64,000 nucleotides of DNA from Oikopleura dioica (Eukaryota > Animalia > Chordata), in the NCBI GenBank assembly GCA_907165135.1, contig OU015567.1:14446001-14510000 (forward strand), written 5' to 3'. The position numbers were made by a program, and so were the translations under genes. The notes under the pieces are model-generated. The model ran no database searches. It was not told the DNA's origin and saw only the letters and a program-made list of their open reading frames with translations. Positions 21,951-34,993 of this stretch are shown here, one piece after another; the stretch's first letter is position 1; the number at the start of each line of letters is the position of its first letter.

Positions 21951-23286
21951 TCACTCAAGCTCAGATAGACAGAAGTACGATTTCTGAGTTCCCTTGAAAA
22001 TAATAACAAACGATCTTGGTGTAGTTATTATACCTTTCTTGTTGTAGAGCGGGAAGCAACCATAGACGCAAATTTGGCATGTTCGATCGTCGTTTTCTGC
22101 GTCTTGGTAAGCGAGTAAGAAAAGGCGCCAACGAATGAGTCTCCAGCGCCGGTCGTGTCGACCACGTCTACTTTTTCAACAACTGGGTGCAATGTCAGCT
22201 CTCCTTCGCCTAAAAATTCATCATTTTTTAAGCAACAATCAAAATCTAGACACTGACTTTTGACGGCAAATCCGTCTCCACCGAGAGTGACAATTACACT
22301 TTTGAGTTTGTATTTCTCCTGTAGAGTTGTCGCCGCGTCTTCAATAGTTTCTTTTCCACTTAGTTCCAGAGCTTCTGTCTGATTCGCGATGAGAAAGTCG
22401 ATCTGTTCAGAGAACGTCTCGAAGTCTTCCCTGCTCGGGCAAGGCGCGGGTGAGTAGATTGTCTTTGCTCCAGCTGCTCTTCCAAGTTGTAGAGCTCTTT
22501 TGGTCGTACTCACAGGAATCTCGTTTTGGCAAATGACGATTTTCGTGCCCTTGAAAGCTTCCTCATCTAAATCTTGAGAATCTTGAAATCTTTGATTGAG
22601 TAATCGACCGGTGCATATTCGAAGCAAGTTGAAGTTTTTAGCGAGAAATATGTCGACAAGAGGAAATACCAATGTTTGAAATGAAAAAGGCGGACAGTAG
22701 TTTATGAATGATTCAAGGAAGTTTCTTCTCGCGCGAAAACGGAGATTTTTGGCAACGTCTTTCGCTAATTCAGCTTCGTCTATCACTATCTGAGCAAACT
22801 CGTGCAGAAATAGGGCTGATTCTTTCGATTGTGACACATTCGCGAACGTGAGATCAAGTAACGCACAAGTCTTCTTGACATCTCTCTGGCGTAAAAGGCA
22901 ACAAGCGAGATTCTCCAAATTTTGCATAAAATTTTGATGCTTCAAATTCGTCGGTAAAGCTCCTTTATTTACATTTGCAAAGCGAGTTGGTAGATTCCAG
23001 ATAAAATTGAGGAAATCAACGAAGACTTTCTGCTCCACGCTACTTAGAGCTATTCTTTCAAGGACTTCGTATGATGAGCAGAAGCCAACGAAGTCGGATA
23101 AAACTGGAAAGATCAATGTCGAGTCGGCAAGAATATTCTTCAGAGAGCAAATGACTTGGATCATTTTCGCAGGAGAGGATGAAATAAGATCAGCGCAAAG
23201 TTTTTCCAGCGCGTCAGAGTCTGAGCTTTTCCCATTCTTTTTAATTCCAAAAAATGTTCCGGAAGTTTTGTCAAAACATCCAACAT
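21951..23286 (-). CDS. Chimeric TELO2(N-terminal)::RBKS(C-terminal) ORF, about 400 aa after splicing
   Basis: In-frame ...[25 protein letters not shown]...DTTGAGDSF...GTQKSYFCLSELE*. Start context and introns of both parents are retained. Confidence 0.75.
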
Positions 23287-23371
23287 TCTTATATTGGGCA
23301 TTATAAATTTAAGAAATAAATTATTAAAAGTAAAGATTGTTAAGAAAATAAGAAAGAAAGTTTTGTTTTTA

Positions 23372-25611
23372 TCAAGAACTGTGGCGGAGTGCAATGAATG
23401 ATTTGAAATCAGCTTTTGAAAAGCTCAATTTAGACATATTTTTCCATAGAGGTTCCTCGAGCTCTGGAATTTCGAAAGGTAGAGAAGCGCTGAGTAGATT
23501 AGATGGAGAGTGTGACCCTTCCTCACTCGTGTCGAAGACAAGATCGAAGGATTCCGTACTAAAATGACTATTTCTTATTGTTCCTTGTCAAGGGAACTTA
23601 CCAGTCTACTGTAAGATCACAGTACGCATCCAAGACGGCTGAGTCTAGCGAACACGAGCTTCGACCAAGTTGCTCCAATAAGAGCACTAGTTCTTGATTT
23701 TTCGGCGTGTTAACCATTCTCAGATAATACAGGACTCGTTCGAGGATAACCCTTTCCGGCTTCAGCATGTAATATTTTGATGCCTCTAAGAATGATTAAA
23801 GCAGCTCGAATTTTCGATAAAATATACCTAGTAAAAAGATCCGAGTATTTCTGGAAAGAGTCCAAACATTATCTGACATTTCTGCTAAAATACCAATCAC
23901 ATTCAGCTCTGCCGAATGAGTGCGATGGAGAATTTGAAACACCGGAATAATTATGTTCTCGTCTATGTCTTCAAGGACAACTCGCATGGATTTCTCCAAC
24001 ACTCTTTGGGTTATCAGTTTCATGAATGTTTCAGGGTCCCATGTTTTGAATTGGTCCAGGAAAAATGATTGAATAGTTGATTTACAAGTAGTTTGACAGT
24101 TGATAATTTCTTCGTCAACGAGAATATCACTGTCTTCTCCTGATTTATTGAATAATTCATCAGAAGTAATTGGCAGATAGGCCTCTTCCTCTGGTAACCG
24201 GGTTTTCTTAAAATCAGGAGACAAAGCAGCTATTTCTTCGGTAGGGCCGAATTGAAGCATTAGTTTTATATACAAACGATAAATTTTTGAACGCAAGTTT
24301 TCAGTTTGATTGGTGATTTTTAGCCGTTGAAGAAGATGAAGATGCTGTGCGCCAAGATGAATAGCTAGTTGAAGGTCTTTTTGAAGATTTGAAGAGCGAT
24401 TTCTGCTGGAGATACTTTGTAGAAGATACTGGAAGATGTAACTGAAGGAGTCGCAAAAAGTGCTCAAATATATTTCCAAATGCGCGAGACATGAATCTTT
24501 CGTCAAAGTAGCCCGAAGAGATGCCAGCTTTCTCCAGTAGAGACGTATCATCGGTGTTGCAGCGTCCCGCTCCATCGGCCTCTTCGGGAATTCTATGTCC
24601 AGACTTTCCTGGCAGTTGAAAATCATCAGAATTGAAGATAAACAAGACTTTTGCAAATAAGCTTCAACAAGAGATAATGAAGATTTGAGCTGATCATGTA
24701 CGTCTCGAATCCAGGAGGGAGGATCTTTGAGAGCTCTTCAAGTTTCTTGATCACTAGTCTCAAACTATTCGACAGAATGACCATATTTTTGGTCGTCGTC
24801 AAAGGTAGAACTTCTTTTATCATCCACGAAATACGCTTGCTCGCTTGAATATATTTAAAATCTTAAAAAGACTGACTCTTCACCTGATAAAGCTGTCCTT
24901 TCGAGAGAAATATTTGCCCTCGAAAAAGCAATAGGTGAGATTTCATTCAAAAAGAATTCAAATCGCTTGAAAATTATTGGCGGAAAATCATCTGAAGAAT
25001 TCTTGAACGTCTTGCAGTCATCCTGCAAGATCCAAAACTCGATTTCTTCTTCTGAAGAGCTTTCCAAAGGTACCAGTTTACTTATTGGCGTATAGTTCGG
25101 CGACTCTTCAGAAAATATTGATATGACAGCGGCGAGTTGATACAGTTTTGCCTATGGGATGAGGCCGTTACCATCGACAGAAGCTGACAGTAGCTCTCCG
25201 ATGGATTTAGTTTTGAACAGCTTGCTCTGCGATGAGAGCAATTTACTGGAAGCGGACTCGCTGAATTGAATGACGTGCTTCATGTAACTGTTAGATATCG
25301 GATTCGTTTTCGTAAAATCACTGGAAAAATGCTTCAGCACGAATTCATCCGTAACAAGCCAGAAGCCGACAAGAAGGAGAAAATATTCTGGAGCAGGGCG
25401 ATCACGAATAGCATCAGCAATAACTCGCTCTCTACATCGCTGATAGACTTTGCAAACTTCGCCGTGAGGAGAAAATTGTTTCAGACCTTCAAGAATGACA
25501 AGGATCTCGAAGACACGCTAAAAGCATTTATAAATTTATCCAAAACTTTAAAAAACGCACATGTTTTTCTGAAGCTCTTAAAATGCAGCCTAAGCTCGAG
25601 TTCGACAGGTC
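23372..25611 (-). pseudogene. KIAA0825-like 5'-truncated copy
   Basis: Near-identical to 10758-12996. Confidence 0.55.
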
Positions 25612-25634
25612 CTGCGGGATAAAAACTAACTGCT

Positions 25635-26062
25635 TCAAAACTTGTTCACGCCCGCAATCTGTTTCTGCTGATTTTTCATCTTCGTTTTGAAAGGAATATC
25701 CTTTTTCAGTTCCTTGGGCAACACCATTTTGTTGAACACGCGTTTCTTTCGTTGGACAGGTTTGTAAAGCGAGTCTGATCGCTGCTTGAGCTTGATGTCC
25801 CGCTCTTTTCGGATTTCTCCAGCGGTTTACAGTCCTTGCCAGTCGGATTTCTTTGACTCCTCTTATTACCAATAGAATCAGAGAGGCATTAAAAAGGATT
25901 AATTACCTGTAACAAGTTTGTGACCGGCAGATACATCGACGGAATCGCCAAGTTTACCCAAGTCTTGCAGAAGATAATATCAGAGTATTGCACTCGATCT
26001 TCGAAGGTAATTCTGACAACGCCTTCCGGCTTTCTCAGTGACTTTTTGATGATGTCTCCGAT
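25635..26062 (-). pseudogene. BMS1: BMS1 fragment copy
   Basis: Matches 13020-13447, including the TAA. Confidence 0.8.
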
Positions 26063-26578
26063 TCAAGAAACAGAGCAGTTTCCTGGGCGTGAGAAAGTTC
26101 GCCGCGCGGCCCGCTGATTGGCCGTCATTTCAGTTCAAAAAACTGTGGCGGTGGCCACGCCCAGGAAACTGAACAACAGCGCCACTTTGAGCGCAGCGGA
26201 TCAGAAACCAAGCCCGGCCGAGATGGAAAAAGATCACCAAGAGCTGAAAAGTTCGAAATGGCCGAAATTCATCATAATTGATAAAAAAAGGGAGGATTTA
26301 GGGGTTTTCGGACACGGAGAATTTGAATTTGGGATAATTTTTTCAAATAAATCAAGATTTACGGAAAAAAAATAAGTTTTAAAATTGAAATCAAGGAGGA
26401 ATTTGTAAAATGATTTATAAAAACAAAAGCCCCTCCAGTCACTCCCGAAAAGGGAGCAATCGGAGGGGCTGAGTTTTTTTTTCATCAAAATAAGACTGTT
26501 TTCATGCTTTTTCAGACATAAAAGGCACAGTTTTTTCTAAAAGAAGTTTATTTTTAATGAGAAGAGCAGAATATAAGT

Positions 26579-27444
26579 TTAAATGTCGTCGACTTGGTCG
26601 CCATTGATCCAGGAGTGGAGGGTGATGGTGTAGCTGCTTGCTCGTGCGAATCTAGCATGGTTATCGCGGAAGTATTCCTGGATCTGGATCTTCTTAGAGG
26701 ACGCGTGAACAGCCTCTCGCATCAGTCGATCAGCTTCGTCGTCGTTATTTCTTACCGCAGCCTTGACATCTTTTCGATGTTTGTCCAGCATGTGCTTGAG
26801 TAGCTCGGGCTCGTCCAGCATCAAAAAGCCGCACTTGCAGCAGTAGAAGTCGGCGAAGACGGCCTTGCAGACGTGGTTAAACCACAGTTCGTCCAGCTTG
26901 AAAAGAACAGCTTGCTCGTTGACGTCGTGAAAGATATCGGGGTTGATCAATATTGCAAGTTGCTTTCCAAGATCGCCCTCGTTCATCATGAGCTTTGTGC
27001 GGTCGAGATAATGAAGGGCAAAAGTTGAGTCTTGTTGAAAATTTGAAATCCTTCGTCGAAGATATTGCCTAGAAGTGCGAAGAAATCTAAAAGGATATGA
27101 TTAAAATCTTTAAAGGAAAAATAAGAATCATTACCTCTCATGTTGCAATTCGTCGAATGTATATTGAGGCGTGTAGTCCCAGTTGTGATCATCAAGCCGG
27201 TGACGTATCGCTGCGATTGCTGCTTGTTTTGTGTGCCCAATCATCTCGGAAACGATGGTTCGGCCACCTTTGATAATTGAAAATAGAAGAGCAGGAAGAA
27301 GAAACTCGACGATTTTCCAGGAGTTTACCTAAAGAAATTGTTATTTTGATAATTTATTATAAATTAAACTTACTTGTTGACTTTGACAGTTTGCCTTGTG
27401 CTTTTCCTTGAATCCTTTGGCCGTCTGGACATTGTCAATTTCTT
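26579..27444 (-). pseudogene. C2H2 orphan gene copy lacking start of exon 1
   Basis: Matches 13966 to about 14831; broken at the junction with the phosphatase gene. Confidence 0.8.
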
Positions 27445-28115
27445 ATATCTTCGATTCGATCCAACCAGAGGTCTTCTTGATAACAATATGATGGAATGCC
27501 GTATTCTTCATCGTCTCCTTAGCTTCTGCCTTGTACTCGCCAAAGTCGAAATTCTTGAGTCCAAGGAAATGTCTGAAGAGCATTTTCAACAAGAAACCAT
27601 GCGCGAAAATCAGTATTGTCTTGTCAACTTTGGCCTCTTCGATAAGCGACCGGAGAAAATTCACAGCTCTGTATTTGACGTCGGCGTCTGCTTCCATTTC
27701 CGGGCTGTTCCAGTCAACTTCGCTCCTCAACTTGCCCTCGAGTTTGCCCATTCCCTTTTCTTTGAGCAAGTCGTCGCAGATTATGCGTTCTTCCCCGATG
27801 TCATTCGTAGCGATTTTAGCTGTTTCCAGAGCGCGAGAAAGGGGCGAGGAGTAAACGAGATCAGCCTTGGGAAGAACTTTCGCCTCGGCCAAGCGCTTTG
27901 CTCATTTGCAGATCAGAAATAAACTGAAAATAAACTTGGCGTTCATGAGTGGAAGCACTTTCTTGATCTCTGCCCATTTCGCTCAAAGGAATATCGAGCT
28001 AAAAATCTTTACTTGCAGAAATGACTATTGCGTCTTTTACCTGCCCTTGCAAAATGCCAGCTTTATTGTACGATGTTTCGCCGTGCCGGATCAAGTACAA
28101 ATTTAGGACAACCAT
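27443..28115 (-). CDS. TIGAR-like phosphatase, C-terminally truncated (ends WIESKI*)
   Basis: Matches 6424-7091; about the last 25 aa replaced by a junction-derived TAA. Confidence 0.75.
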
Positions 28116-28181
28116 TCTAGAGCACTTGATATTTGTGAGTTTTGCATTTAAAAGACAACTTGAACTGTATTTAAAATTAAC

Positions 28182-29462
28182 TCAGTTTGCGCAAGCTCGA
28201 ATAGCTTTCTCATCGTCGTCAAGCCACTGTAAGACTTGTGGAGTAAAATAAGAAAGAATCATTTCTGCGCCAGCTCTTCTACACGCCGTTAGACTTTCGA
28301 GCACTCCCTTCTTCAAATCAATCGCTCCAGCTTTGGCGCCGTGGACGAGTAGCGCGTACTCGCCAGACACCTGATAAGCAGCCACTGGAAAATTCGGAAA
28401 CTCTTGCTTCGTTCGGTAGATAATATCTTTTATCGGTTTTCATGATTTACAAATTGGATATTTAATTTATAGCGAGAACAGTCCCTAGATAGGCACCGGC
28501 CGGTTTTACCATTAAAATATCTGCACCTTCGTTCGCATCTCTATCGTTGCATCTCATCGCCAAACTTGATGCTCCTGGTGGAAGCTGAAAAATAAAGTAG
28601 AAAATTAGCTAATGTGAATGCTAACCTGATAATTTCTTCTATCGCCAAATTTAGGAGCAGAACCAGCTGCTTCTCTGAAAGGCCCATAAAATGCTTCACC
28701 CGAGTTATTATCAATTCCGCTCTATTTTCAAAGCTTACTCTTTAGTTATTCGATATTTAACCCGCAACAGAACAAAATTTAGCCGAGTAGGACATCACGG
28801 CAACTCGTGAGCCAAGCTTGAGTTCCCGAAGTCTGCTTTTGATCGCTCCTATCCTTCCATCCATCATATCCGAAGGAGCCACGCAGTCAGCACCTGCGAG
28901 TCCATAATTGCCTGCGATCTCGGCTAGTCTATCGATGGACTTCTGGTTGTTCATGCGATCATCTTCGAAAATCCCACAGTGCCCGGTTTCGGAGAAGGGA
29001 CAAATACAAACGTCAGCCGCGACCCACAGCTATCATTACTGTAATTTACAATTATAATGCATAGATAATGGGCGTTTATATGAATAATAACTAAAAACTG
29101 ACCTGTGGATATTTTGACTTGATCAATTTAATAGCTTCAATGGTAGGGCCCGTCTCGCAATCTGCGCTAGATCCGACAGCATCTTTAGTCGATTTGACAT
29201 CTACGCCAAAAATGATAACTGAGCGAAGACCTTTGGCGACTTGTTGGGAAAGGAAGGGAATGAGATTGTTGATTCCATAGCGACTCACTCCGGGCAGCGC
29301 ATTTATCGGTTCCAGGGCGTCAGGGGAGCTATTCGTTACGAAAAGCGGCAGCATAAGATTTACAGGCGAGATTTTGGAGTCAAATGCAGCGAGCTCTCGC
29401 AAAACTCCATGGCCATATGAAGAATGCAGAATGTGTCCGACTGGTGGCTCGTAACCGCTCAT
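28182..29462 (-). CDS. ALAD: ALAD copy 2
   Basis: Near-identical to 7158-8438. Confidence 0.95.
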
Positions 29463-29503
29463 TCTGAAAAAAAAAATCCGTCAAGGAGAAGTAGACTCAT
29501 GAA

Positions 29504-31701
29504 CTAGAATAGATTCAAAAGGTCAGTCGCAGCAAGTGAAAGGCGTGGGCAATCAAGCGATTGGCATTCTTCTAGCCACATTTTCCAAGTGATGTCCATC
29601 CAGATTTCTTGTTTAGTTGAAGCGATGCTCAGCAGACAAACTTGGTAAGATTTGATTATTACAAGTTTCAAATTCGTGTCATCTAAAGATAGAGTTTTAT
29701 AAGAAAAGCGCTGACAAATTACCAATTCTTCTAAAAGTCGCGAGAAAATCTATGGAAGGAAGGACGTATTTCTCGATTTCGGGAATATTATCCAAGAGAG
29801 AAATGATCTGGCCGACGAATGCAATCATTCTTGACAAGACGTCTTTATCGCACGTCTCCAACATCAACGTTCGTTTATTCGAATCCCAGCTGCGCAAGAA
29901 AGGAAAAAGAAAATATCCAGCGGCAGGATAAAACCGAGACTTGAGCATCTTCTCGCTTTTTGGGCGGCTTCCCCAGCGCCGTGATTGTGATTCAACTTTT
30001 GCGGAAAGCGCTAATTTTTCAAAGGCGATCTCTTCTTCAAGTTCTTCGAAGGGAAGGTCCGCCAATTGCTTTACGGCCTTCGATAGAGAGGCAAGAATGA
30101 TCTGCCGTTTTTCTAGAGGCATTGACTCGGCATAAAATTCACCTAAAAATTAGAAAATGTTCGTACCAAAAAACTATTATTACCAACAATCGCAGGAGCA
30201 TAAAATTCCGGAGCCACAACTGCCAACGATTCTAGAGCATCACCCACGAGAGCAGCATCATTATCGTTAACAATTTCAAAATAAACGATCCCTTTCAAAA
30301 TCTCTTCCACAAGCTCCTTCGAAGAAACCTGATTGACCTTTGCTAAATACGGAATTGTTTCCAGCGCGGCGAGTTTGCGTTTAGTCTTCTCCGTTTTTGA
30401 CATTGATTGGGGTAGATTTCTCTCGACCAAAATTCCACTGGCTTCCATAAGAAAGCGGGGACTGTATTTTGAAAGGTTCGGCGTTTCGAATTCGAATTGT
30501 TCGAATTCCAAGTCGTCGGAATCAAGACTTTCTCGATCATCATCATCATCATCATCGTCACAGTTTCCAGCATTGATTCTTTCATCTTCGACTTTTTGTT
30601 GGTTACCGTTCAAGAATTCGATTGTTCGCTCTCTGCTATCTTCGTGAACTTTATTTTGATCCGCTTGAAGGTCTTTATTCGTGATTGGAAAGTCAAGTTT
30701 GGCCTCTGAATCAAATACTGAGATGATCTTCTTGGCAGAAAGCATTCCAATATCTCGATTGTCGGACGCCGACTGAGCAAAGTGGTTTTTGAAGCCCAAA
30801 GAAACAGTGTTGATAATCTCCAATCGCATTTCATCCGGACATTTAGGAAGATAGTCGACTGAGAAGGCAATGATTTTCGAAACTTGGATTCTTTGATCGA
30901 CAGAAACCTTGATAACAATGTTTTCGTCCGCCCAGTAGTCAACTAAATGTTTCCATGTCTCCAGACCTGCGATAGCAACAATTCGTCCCATGTGAAACTG
31001 GCCATTTTGATTGAGTAATCGACCGGTGCATATTCGAAGCAAGTTGAAGTTTTTAGCGAGAAATATGTCGACAAGAGGAAATACCAATGTTTGAAATGAA
31101 AAAGGCGGACAGTAGTTTATGAATGATTCAAGGAAGTTTCTTCTCGCGCGAAAACGGAGATTTTTGGCAACGTCTTTCGCTAATTCAGCTTCGTCTATCA
31201 CTATCTGAGCAAACTCGTGCAGAAATAGGGCTGATTCTTTCGATTGTGACACATTCGCGAACGTGAGATCAAGTAACGCACAAGTCTTCTTGACATCTCT
31301 CTGGCGTAAAAGGCAACAAGCGAGATTCTCCAAATTTTGCATAAAATTTTGATGCTTCAAATTCGTCGGTAAAGCTCCTTTATTTACATTTGCAAAGCGA
31401 GTTGGTAGATTCCAGATAAAATTGAGGAAATCAACGAAGACTTTCTGCTGCACGCTACTTAGAGCTATTCTTTCAAGGACTTCGTATGATGAGCAGAAGC
31501 CAACGAAGTCGGATAAAACTGGAAAGATCAATGTCGAGTCGGCAAGAATATTCTTCAGAGAGCAAATGACTTGGATCATTTTCGCAGGAGAGGATGAAAT
31601 AAGATCAGCGCAAAGTTTTTCCAGCGCGTCAGAGTCTGAGCTTTTCCCATTCTTTTTAATTCCAAAAAATGTTCCGGAAGTTTTGTCAAAACATCCAACA
31701 T
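29504..31701 (-). CDS. TELO2: TELO2 copy, intact frames
   Basis: 478-aa exon ORF 30143-31579 plus 29697-30122 and the terminal exon. Confidence 0.87.
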
Positions 31702-31786
31702 TCTTATATTGGGCATTATAAATTTAAGAAATAAATTATTAAAAGTAAAGATTGTTAAGAAAATAAGAAAGAAAGTTTTGTTTTTA

Positions 31787-34025
31787 TCAAGAACTGTGGC
31801 GGAGTGCAATGAATGATTTGAAATCAGCTTTTGAAAAGCTCAATTTAGACATATTTTTCCATAGAGGTTCCTCGAGCTCTGGAATTTCGAAAGGTAGAGA
31901 AGCGCTGAGTAGATTAGATGGAGAGTGTGACCCTTCCTCACTCGTGTCGAAGACAAGATCGAAGGATTCCGTACTAAAATGACTATTTCTTATTGTTCCT
32001 TGTCAAGGGAACTTACCAGTCTACTGTAAGATCACAGTACGCATCCAAGACGGCTGAGTCTAGCGAACACGAGCTTCGACCAAGTTGCTCCAATAAGAGC
32101 ACTAGTTCTTGATTTTTCGGCGTGTTAACCATTCTCAGATAATACAGGACTCGTTCGAGGATAACCCTTTCCGGCTTCAGCATGTAATATTTTGATGCCT
32201 CTAAGAATGATTAAAGCAGCTCGAATTTTCGATAAAATATACCTAGTAAAAAGATCCGAGTATTTCTGGAAAGAGTCCAAACATTATCTGACATTTCTGC
32301 TAAAATACCAATCACATTCAGCTCTGCCGAATGAGTGCGATGGAGAATTTGAAACACCGGAATAATTATGTTCTCGTCTATGTCTTCAAGGACAACTCGC
32401 ATGGATTTCTCCAACACTCTTTGGGTTATCAGTTTCATGAATGTTTCAGGGTCCCATGTTTTGAATTGGTCCAGGAAAAATGATTGAATAGTTGATTTAC
32501 AAGTAGTTTGACAGTTGATAATTTCTTCGTCAACGAGAATATCACTGTCTTCTCCTGATTTATTGAATAATTCATCAGAAGTAATTGGCAGATAGGCCTC
32601 TTCCTCTGGTAACCGGGTTTTCTTAAAATCAGGAGACAAAGCAGCTATTTCTTCGGTAGGGCCGAATTGAAGCATTAGTTTTATATACAAACGATAAATT
32701 TTTGAACGCAAGTTTTCAGTTTGATTGGTGATTTTTAGCCGTTGAAGAAGATGAAGATGCTGTGCGCCAAGATGAATAGCTAGTTGAAGGTCTTTTTGAA
32801 GATTTGAAGAGCGATTTCTGCTGGAGATACTTTGTAGAAGATACTGGAAGATGTAACTGAAGGAGTCGCAAAAAGTGCTCAAATATATTTCCAAATGCGC
32901 GAGACATGAATCTTTCGTCAAAGTAGCCCGAAGAGATGCCAGCTTTCTCCAGTAGAGACGTATCATCGGTGTTGCAGCGTCCCGCTCCATCGGCCTCTTC
33001 GGGAATTCTATGTCCAGACTTTCCTGGCAGTTGAAAATCATCAGAATTGAAGATAAACAAGACTTTTGCAAATAAGCTTCAACAAGAGATAATGAAGATT
33101 TGAGCTGATCATGTACGTCTCGAATCCAGGAGGGAGGATCTTTGAGAGCTCTTCAAGTTTCTTGATCACTAGTCTCAAACTATTCGACAGAATGACCATA
33201 TTTTTGGTCGTCGTCAAAGGTAGAACTTCTTTTATCATCCACGAAATACGCTTGCTCGCTTGAATATATTTAAAATCTTAAAAGACTGACTCTTCACCTG
33301 ATAAAGCTGTCCTTTCGAGAGAAATATTTGCCCTCGAAAAAGCAATAGGTGAGATTTCATTCAAAAAGAATTCAAATCGCTTGAAAATTATTGGCGGAAA
33401 ATCATCTGAAGAATTCTTGAACGTCTTGCAGTCATCCTGCAAGATCCAAAACTCGATTTCTTCTTCTGAAGAGCTTTCCAAAGGTACCAGTTTACTTATT
33501 GGCGTATAGTTCGGCGACTCTTCAGAAAATATTGATATGACAGCGGCGAGTTGATACAGTTTTGCCTATGGGATGAGGCCGTTACCATCGACAGAAGCTG
33601 ACAGTAGCTCTCCGATGGATTTAGTTTTGAACAGCTTGCTCTGCGATGAGAGCAATTTACTGGAAGCGGACTCGCTGAATTGAATGACGTGCTTCATGTA
33701 ACTGTTAGATATCGGATTCGTTTTCGTAAAATCACTGGAAAAATGCTTCAGCACGAATTCATCCGTAACAAGCCAGAAGCCGACAAGAAGGAGAAAATAT
33801 TCTGGAGCAGGGCGATCACGAATAGCATCAGCAATAACTCGCTCTCTACATCGCTGATAGACTTTGCAAACTTCGCCGTGAGGAGAAAATTGTTTCAGAC
33901 CTTCAAGAATGACAAGGATCTCGAAGACACGCTAAAAGCATTTATAAATTTATCCAAAACTTTAAAAAACGCACATGTTTTTCTGAAGCTCTTAAAATGC
34001 AGCCTAAGCTCGAGTTCGACAGGTC
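31787..34025 (-). pseudogene. KIAA0825-like 5'-truncated copy
   Basis: Near-identical to 10758-12996. Confidence 0.55.
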
Positions 34026-34048
34026 CTGCGGGATAAAAACTAACTGCT

Positions 34049-34475
34049 TCAAAACTTGTTCACGCCCGCAATCTGTTTCTGCTGATTTTTCATCTTCGTT
34101 TTGAAAGGAATATCCTTTTTCAGTTCCTTGGGCAACACCATTTTGTTGAACACGCGTTTCTTTCGTTGGACAGGTTTGTAAAGCGAGTCTGATCGCTGCT
34201 TGAGCTTGATGTCCCGCTCTTTTCGGATTTCTCCAGCGGTTTACAGTCCTTGCCAGTCGGATTTCTTTGACTCCTCTTATTACCAATAGAATCAGAGAGG
34301 CATTAAAAGGATTAATTACCTGTAACAAGTTTGTGACCGGCAGATACATCGACGGAATCGCCAAGTTTACCCAAGTCTTGCAGAAGATAATATCAGAGTA
34401 TTGCACTCGATCTTCGAAGGTAATTCTGACAACGCCTTCCGGCTTTCTCAGTGACTTTTTGATGATGTCTCCGAT
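34049..34475 (-). pseudogene. BMS1: BMS1 fragment copy
   Basis: Same sequence and same TAA. Confidence 0.8.
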
Positions 34476-34993
34476 TCAAGAAACAGAGCAGTTTCCTGGG
34501 CGTGAGAAAGTTCGCCGCGCGGCCCGCTGATTGGCCGTCATTTCAGTTCAAAAAACTGTGGCGGTGGCCACGCCCAGGAAACTGAACAACAGCGCCACTT
34601 TGAGCGCAGCGGATCAGAAACCAAGCCCGGCCGAGATGGAAAAAGATCACCAAGAGCTGAAAAGTTCGAAATGGCCGAAATTCATCATAATTGATAAAAA
34701 AAGGGAGGATTTAGGGGTTTTCGGACACGGAGAATTTGAATTTGGGATAATTTTTTCAAATAAATCAAGATTTACGGAAAAAAAATAAGTTTTAAAATTG
34801 AAATCAAGGAGGAATTTGTAAAATGATTTATAAAAACAAAAGCCCCTCCAGTCACTCCCGAAAAGGGAGCAATCGGAGGGGCTGAGTTTTTTTTTTTCAT
34901 CAAAATAAGACTGTTTTCATGCTTTTTCAGACATAAAAGGCACAGTTTTTTCTAAAAGAAGTTTATTTTTAATGAGAAGAGCAGAATATAAGT

